DNA from: an uncultured Patescibacteria group bacterium
Lineage (GTDB): Bacteria; Patescibacteriota; Microgenomatia; UBA10105; UBA927
NCBI GenBank assembly: GCA_937921305.1
Contig: CAKZSU010000007.1
Coordinates: 45,330 to 109,329, forward strand
Reading direction: 5' to 3'
Length of the DNA stretch: 64,000 nucleotides
Of this stretch, positions 58,702 through 64,000 are shown one piece after another. Below the pieces are notes generated by a model. That model made no database searches, was not told the DNA's origin, and saw nothing but the letters and a program-made list of their open reading frames with translations. The stretch's first letter is position 1. Each line of letters begins with the position of its first letter. Both the position numbers and the translations under genes were made by a program.

Positions 58702-61700
58702 ATGAATCAACAACAAGAGCAAACTCAAACACAGCGACACCTTACTATTCTTAACGCAATTGATAAGTTATCAGCGATAACAGCAGAAACAGATGAGGGA
58801 AAAGAGAAGATAATAAACCTCTACGATTCATACAAAAACATAGTCTCTCGATTCATCCAAGAAAAAAGCCAGCTAGATGATTCTGCGAAAACTCTTTACG
58901 ATCGACTCTCATTTTCTGGGGTTGAATCCCTTTCAAAACAAGACCTTGATAGTCTTCGAAGACTAATGTTTAGCGCGCTTATCATAGAAGAGGGGAAACT
59001 GTTTCAAACAAAAGAGAAAATAGAGGGTTCTCGTCCTGATCTCATGTTTGGTGAAACACTTATGGCCATAAACGAAGGTAGAGAGCAGGCAAAAAGAAAA
59101 AAACAGGAAAAAGATCGAGAATTTATAGAACAACTTGTCCTTCAATATGGATCGGCGCTCAGATTGTCTCCAGAAGAACAAAAATCTTCACAACAAACAC
59201 TTTTACAACAAGCGGCAAATCTTCGAAAAACCTATGGAGATCGAGTAATTCCAGAGAGTGTATATATTCAGGAGGTTAAAAAAGCAATTCAAAGATTAAA
59301 ACCGTTATCTTCGGTTCGTTTAATAACTTTTACCAATCCAAAAACACAATCCTTATATGAAAAAGCGATTGACTTCTATGAACAAGGAACACTCTTTTCA
59401 AGACAAGGAATGGTGGGGCAACCAACAATAACTACCACCTCCCCACCTCTTGATAATACTCACACAGCTGGTACAACAGCTTTTCAATCCACATCGTATG
59501 AAGAATTACTTCGAGAATTGGGAAATGAACTTTTAGTAACAGTCATTTATTCTAAAATACCTAAAGAAAAAATAAATCAACTACGAATAGCAATAGCCAA
59601 CACACAAATTGAACAAAATGGGGTTGTTGTTTCTCCTGATGAATACATAGAAAAAATAACAACTATTTTATCTCACGAACCATCCCTTATCCCAAAAGAC
59701 TATGAACTTACTAATTCTTTTAAAGAGATCTATCAACGATTTCCAAATATTCAATCAATTTACCAAGAAGTAGAATCGTTTTACAGAGAAGAACGAACAT
59801 ATGAACTCCTTGCAAAAGAAATTGTTCGAAAACAAAAAGATCTTGCTATTAGAGACGATCTTCGAATTGTATATGCTCCATTTGTTGCACTAGAAGCTGC
59901 GACACATGTATTGTTAAAAACATCTCCACCAAACATTCCTCCAGAAGAAATCATTGAAAAAGCAACAGCTTTAGGAAATGTGTTTGTTGGTTATCAAATT
60001 CAAGACTATCCAAACACATCAGAGGATATCGCGCGACTCATCCAAGAAAGCATCGGTTCTCGCTATGGCGATATAGTTCAGAAACAGTCTATTGAGTTGA
60101 TTGACAAAATTATCGGTCCACCAAGTCAAATTACTGAAGAAAGCAAAAAAGCCATGTTGTATGAATTCATACGAGCTGACATTCAAAGAGATCTTCTTCA
60201 GATTATAGAAAATAAAGAATTATTACAACGTATACTTACGAACAATGGTAACGGACCAATGACAAGCGAAGCATTTCAACTCTTTGTTCAAAGCCCATTA
60301 TTTGCCTTCATAGAACAAACAATCAAACAACAATCAAATCAACAACACGGAGGTGGTATTGGTGGACTTTTTCAAATTGTTTCTTCAGCGCAAGGACTTA
60401 CCAATCTCACTCCAGAAACCAATGCGGCGCTCTCATTTATTTTCACCGCGGGAGACCTGGTTGAAATTCAAAGAAATGAAGAGTTATATAACCGATTTAT
60501 TAGCGCGTTTCCTGAGTTATCAAAAGACGGAAAACTTCCAAAAACACCACAAGAAGCGTTTTTTGCGTTGGTTTTTGCTAGTGTTTATCCCAATGAACAA
60601 GAGCGCTTTTTTGAAACAATAAAAGAATCTCTTCGAGAAGATCCAAGTGGAAAATTTTACCATCTTGGGTGGCTAAACCATATGATCGATCATCTTAAAA
60701 AAGAAGCTGCTCACCGATTATTATTACTGAGCAAGCCATATATCACCAACATTTTAAGACTTGGAAGGATAGATAAGTTACCATTTTTTTTGGGGAAAAA
60801 AATTTTCGGATCAATTGGTCGTGGATTAGTAAAAATTGGAATTGGTAAGGTCGCATCACTTGCAACAAAGTCTGCATTATTCCTTACCGGTCCAGTTGGG
60901 GCAGCCATTGAGACTGCTTCAAGGGTATTAGATATGGTAAAAATATTAGCCATATATATATTTGGCGATGTTTCTTTTATAAAAAAAGGCATAGAATCAA
61001 TAAGTATAGTAAATATCATAGTTTATATACTGGGAGGAATCTTGCTTGGGGTTTATTTCTTCTCTTCTCCTCAATCAAATCCAGTATTGATAGAACAAAA
61101 AATTATTCAAAGTTCAATAGATGATTGGACACTTACAAGTGGAAGCAAAGATATTCCAATGATTAATTGTAGTCAAGAACCAACAAACCCTGTTTGTTCG
61201 ATTTGCTATACAAATGGACAAAGAGATCCAACAAAATGTATTTGGCCTGTTTCATCAGGGTGTATCACACAAGGACCCAATCCTAATCATAAAACAGAAC
61301 CAAATGGACAAGGAGTCGATATTGCAACAGAATTTAACACACCTATAAGAGCAATGTTCCCAGGAAGAGTGATTGAGGCTCGGTGGCATTTTGTTGATAA
61401 TCAAAAGACAGAAAATCCCAATTATGGTAACATGGTCCGAATAAAAACATCAACAAACCCTTCATTTATTATTGTTTATGCTCACTTACGACAAACAAAT
61501 ACTGTACAACAAGGAGATACTGTAACTCCAGACACAATCATTGGATATGTTGATAACACTGGTTACGGAACAGGAACACATTTGCATATGGAAATACAAG
61601 GTGTTCCCGCTGGAAACGTTTTGCCTTTTCCTGTTCCACCTTGTGTTGGATTATCTGATTGTTCAACTCAAATCTCAAACTCAGGAAATTCCTCTTGTTG

Positions 61701-61704
61701 GTAG
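58702..61704 (+). CDS. Giant (1000 aa) protein: a roughly 700-aa alpha-helical N-terminal region, transmembrane segments and a C-terminal M23-family metallopeptidase domain. It is a candidate T4SS-associated cell-wall hydrolase.
   Basis: The C-terminal GQGVDIATEFNTPIRAMFPGRVIEARW...YGNMVRIKT...GYVDNTGYGTGTHLHMEIQG contains the H.H and HxxxD motifs of LytM/M23 peptidases. Confidence 0.7.
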   Translation: MNQQQEQTQTQRHLTILNAIDKLSAITAETDEGKEKIINLYDSYKNIVSRFIQEKSQLDDSAKTLYDRLSFSGVESLSKQDLDSLRRLMFSALIIEEGKLFQTKEKIEGSRPDLMFGETLMAINEGREQAKRKKQEKDREFIEQLVLQYGSALRLSPEEQKSSQQTLLQQAANLRKTYGDRVIPESVYIQEVKKAIQRLKPLSSVRLITFTNPKTQSLYEKAIDFYEQGTLFSRQGMVGQPTITTTSPPLDNTHTAGTTAFQSTSYEELLRELGNELLVTVIYSKIPKEKINQLRIAIANTQIEQNGVVVSPDEYIEKITTILSHEPSLIPKDYELTNSFKEIYQRFPNIQSIYQEVESFYREERTYELLAKEIVRKQKDLAIRDDLRIVYAPFVALEAATHVLLKTSPPNIPPEEIIEKATALGNVFVGYQIQDYPNTSEDIARLIQESIGSRYGDIVQKQSIELIDKIIGPPSQITEESKKAMLYEFIRADIQRDLLQIIENKELLQRILTNNGNGPMTSEAFQLFVQSPLFAFIEQTIKQQSNQQHGGGIGGLFQIVSSAQGLTNLTPETNAALSFIFTAGDLVEIQRNEELYNRFISAFPELSKDGKLPKTPQEAFFALVFASVYPNEQERFFETIKESLREDPSGKFYHLGWLNHMIDHLKKEAAHRLLLLSKPYITNILRLGRIDKLPFFLGKKIFGSIGRGLVKIGIGKVASLATKSALFLTGPVGAAIETASRVLDMVKILAIYIFGDVSFIKKGIESISIVNIIVYILGGILLGVYFFSSPQSNPVLIEQKIIQSSIDDWTLTSGSKDIPMINCSQEPTNPVCSICYTNGQRDPTKCIWPVSSGCITQGPNPNHKTEPNGQGVDIATEFNTPIRAMFPGRVIEARWHFVDNQKTENPNYGNMVRIKTSTNPSFIIVYAHLRQTNTVQQGDTVTPDTIIGYVDNTGYGTGTHLHMEIQGVPAGNVLPFPVPPCVGLSDCSTQISNSGNSSCW

Positions 61705-61741
61705 AGAATATATGGTTTGTTTATTATAACAATAAGAGAGT

Positions 61742-62695
61742 ATGAATAAAAAAATCTTGTTTTCTTTATTTGTTTTTTTAATTCTATTTGTGTTTGCATC
61801 AATTGCTTTTTTCATCTTCTCCTCAAAAAAAGAAAAACAAGTTGTTCTTCCACCATTAGAAAGTGTTCCAACATATCCATCAAGTCAAGAATTTGAATCA
61901 ATACCCGAATCGAATTTCTCATACATTACTGAACCACCGAAGATACCAAAAACACTTCCGGTTTTTACATATACCACAAAAGATATATTTCCGCTTGTTA
62001 TTGATTTTGCAAAGAAATCTAATTTCTCAATAAATTATACAGAAATTAGTCCTGGAATTTTTGATTTTCAAACAACATCAGCGCTTCTTACATTTAACAA
62101 ACAAGCACATTCTCTTTCGTTTTCTTGGAATATAAATAGTGGGAAGAGTATTTTTTCTTCTTATGAAGACGTTTTTAAAAAACTCGAAGAATCACAAATA
62201 ACACTGTCTTTTTCACTAAAAGAACGAAATGATAAACAAAATTTTGAAAACGAAGGGGATGTTGATCTTTCGAAACAATTACAAAGAAAAACTTTCGATC
62301 TGATTCTTCCAGTTGGATACCCTTTTATATTAGATCCTATTAATAGGACATCATTATCTTTTACAACACATGTTTTTAATGGGATAACTTCCTTCCTTGT
62401 TCGAATTCCTCCTGTCGAAATCACAAAAAAAGAAGATCGACTCATGATTCAAGCAGATGAAATCCTTCTCCTTTTAAAGAGCAAAAAAGCAGGATTATAT
62501 ACAGTAAGCAATATCCCTCCAACAACAATGTATACAACTCCCAATTTCACTCATGTATTTATTCAATCTGTAGACATTATATATATGAAATCTCCATCAG
62601 AAGAGCTTTTGATTCCGTTCTTTAAAATATCTGGTATTGGAAAAGGAAGACAAGAAGAACAATATGTTGAATTCTTTATGATTGGAATCAGATAA
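61742..62695 (+). CDS. Hypothetical N-terminally membrane-anchored protein
   Basis: 317 aa with a single N-terminal transmembrane helix. No motif recognised. Confidence 0.35.
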   Translation: MNKKILFSLFVFLILFVFASIAFFIFSSKKEKQVVLPPLESVPTYPSSQEFESIPESNFSYITEPPKIPKTLPVFTYTTKDIFPLVIDFAKKSNFSINYTEISPGIFDFQTTSALLTFNKQAHSLSFSWNINSGKSIFSSYEDVFKKLEESQITLSFSLKERNDKQNFENEGDVDLSKQLQRKTFDLILPVGYPFILDPINRTSLSFTTHVFNGITSFLVRIPPVEITKKEDRLMIQADEILLLLKSKKAGLYTVSNIPPTTMYTTPNFTHVFIQSVDIIYMKSPSEELLIPFFKISGIGKGRQEEQYVEFFMIGIR

Positions 62696-62709
62696 GATTG
62701 ATTTCCCTT

Positions 62710-63813
62710 TTATACCCTCACTGGCATAATAATGTGAAAAAATGAATCATCGTCTGGAGCAGTAAACATAACAGGATTTAACACTCCATTTATACGAATT
62801 ATTATATCTTCTGATGAAAATACGGATAGTGCTTCAAGAAGAAATCTACTATTAATCGCTATTACTCCACCCTCCCCCTCGACGCGCGCGTCAAGAGAAA
62901 TCGTATTCTCTCCAAGACTCGGAGCGCTTGCGGAAACATGAATAATCGACTGCTCTAGTGATACTTTAATGATCCCAACATTATCTCTTGCGAAAATCGC
63001 CGCGGATTTCACCGCTTGATGAAACAATTTTCTATCACATCGTGCTTCCGTAATGAAAGATTGGGGAATAATCTTCTTATAGTTCGGATACTCTCCATCT
63101 ATTCGTCGAGTCATAATATGTGTATCGTCAATAAAAAAGAATAGTTGTCCATCAACTGTCTCAGAAACTTGAATCGTCTTTTCTTCTTTTTCTTCCACAA
63201 TGTTTCTTATTATTTCAATAAGCGATCCCGAAGGAATAATCGTTGATTGTTGCATTATATTTTTTACGCCAGATAATCGTTTTAACGACAAACGATACCC
63301 ATCTGTTGAGACAAATGAAATTCCATACTCTGTGTTTTCAATTAATACACCGCGCAATACTGGTCTCGATTCATCAGATGAAACAAAAGGAAGAACGGTG
63401 TGAAGACCAGAAAGTAATACAGTGGACTCAAGAGTAACACCTTGGGAAGATGAATAATCAGGAAGAGATGGAAATTCACCAGCTGACAACGTTGGAAGAA
63501 TCGCTTTTGCATTTGTTGTTTGAATAATAAGCGATTCATTGTCTAACATAATATCAATTGTTTGATTTGGAAGCGATTGAATCAACTCAAGAAACAATTT
63601 CCCTGGAATACATACGCTTCCTTCTTCTTTCACTTTTGATGGCACTATTGTTCGAATAGTAGATTCTATATTTGTGGTTGTTATTGTTGTTACTCCTTTC
63701 GTTGTGGATAACAATGCATATGACAGTATTGGTAATTGTGGTTTAGATGAGAGAATTCGTGTTGTTTTCCCCAATGTTTTACACAAATGTTCTTGAAGAA
63801 TAGTAATATGCAT
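62710..63813 (-). CDS. dnaN: DNA polymerase III subunit beta (sliding clamp)
   Basis: 367 aa with a three-domain clamp pattern: LPILSYALL, FVSTDGYRLS, VMFTAPDDDSFFHIIMPVRV. Confidence 0.85.
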   Translation of the reverse strand: MHITILQEHLCKTLGKTTRILSSKPQLPILSYALLSTTKGVTTITTTNIESTIRTIVPSKVKEEGSVCIPGKLFLELIQSLPNQTIDIMLDNESLIIQTTNAKAILPTLSAGEFPSLPDYSSSQGVTLESTVLLSGLHTVLPFVSSDESRPVLRGVLIENTEYGISFVSTDGYRLSLKRLSGVKNIMQQSTIIPSGSLIEIIRNIVEEKEEKTIQVSETVDGQLFFFIDDTHIMTRRIDGEYPNYKKIIPQSFITEARCDRKLFHQAVKSAAIFARDNVGIIKVSLEQSIIHVSASAPSLGENTISLDARVEGEGGVIAINSRFLLEALSVFSSEDIIIRINGVLNPVMFTAPDDDSFFHIIMPVRV

Positions 63814-63907
63814 ACTTATTTACCTAGTAGTTAGTAGTAAAAGTTTGTGTGGAAAAGTGTAAAACGATTAGGCGTATTCGTCAATCACGAAAAAACAATG
63901 TGAATAA

Positions 63908-63970
63908 TTGTGGATATTATTGTGGATAAGATTGTGGATACTTATTGGTATGATTGTGGATTTGTGGATA
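63908..63970. promoter_or_regulatory. Cluster of five DnaA boxes (TTGTGGATA/T) upstream of dnaN; putative oriC
   Basis: ttgtggata at 63908, 63920, 63932 and 63962; ttgtggatt at 63954. All are in the same orientation. Confidence 0.7.
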
Positions 63971-64000
63971 GAGAAAATAATGATGCCTTGATATCTTCTA

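Noticed and set aside
1-64000. Possibility of an alternative genetic code (UGA=Gly as in some CPR, or TAG=Gln suggested by the SIEA*L position in the recombinase)
   Set aside because: Dozens of long ORFs with clear homology are uninterrupted under the standard code. The TAG and TAA occur only in a gene that also has multiple frameshifts, so they are pseudogene lesions rather than recoding.
1-64000. CRISPR arrays
   Set aside because: No regularly spaced direct repeats of 25-40 nt were seen. The only tandem repeats are the 12-nt coding repeat at 52224-52283 and a trinucleotide microsatellite at 30288-30320.

Overview
Standard-code bacterial sequence at about 40% GC. The gene content points to a Candidate Phyla Radiation (Patescibacteria-like) genome: many small VirB2-type T4SS pilin paralogs, a sortase, a lamin-tail-domain protein, an archaeal-style mevalonate pathway and a small tRNA set. 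Layout along the window:
- 1-5.4 kb: a heavily degraded mobile-element remnant next to two divergent tRNA-Ser genes. It holds a RhuM fragment, a fused endonuclease/N6-adenine methyltransferase with three frameshifts, a frameshifted DUF91/DUF5655 nuclease, an intact XRE regulator, and a large serine recombinase with at least four frameshifts and two in-frame stops. The recombinase is bracketed by roughly 100-nt inverted repeats that include a tRNA-3'-end-like segment.
- 5.6-21.4 kb: housekeeping genes on the minus strand. These are comF, smpB plus tmRNA, a SpoIID-domain protein, three pilin-domain genes, uppS and a complete mevalonate pathway (mvaD, two GHMP kinases, a DUF35 protein, an archaeal-type thiolase, HMG-CoA synthase and HMG-CoA reductase).
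- 21.4-31 kb: an ECF sigma/anti-sigma pair divergent from four tandem pilin genes; two tRNA-Met(CAU); an FtsB-like protein; a tyrosine recombinase; idi; tRNA-Ile(UAU); and a VirD4-like coupling ATPase in an operon with a 758-aa acidic protein.
- 31-46 kb: a PduO-type adenosyltransferase, the LTD protein, an HD hydrolase, the sortase, tRNA-Arg(CCG), tRNA-Ser(CGA), tRNA-Arg(GCG), membrane glycosyltransferases, a LOG protein, a 5'-3' exonuclease, ftsH, and trpS fused to an EMAP-like domain.
- 46.8-62.7 kb: a T4SS-like locus with pilins, a VirB6-like protein, a 975-aa repeat-containing helical protein, a second VirD4-like ATPase, a PrgI/VirB3-like protein, a split VirB4 and a 1000-aa M23 peptidase. 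It is followed by dnaN and a DnaA-box cluster (oriC) at the window end.
No CRISPR array was found.
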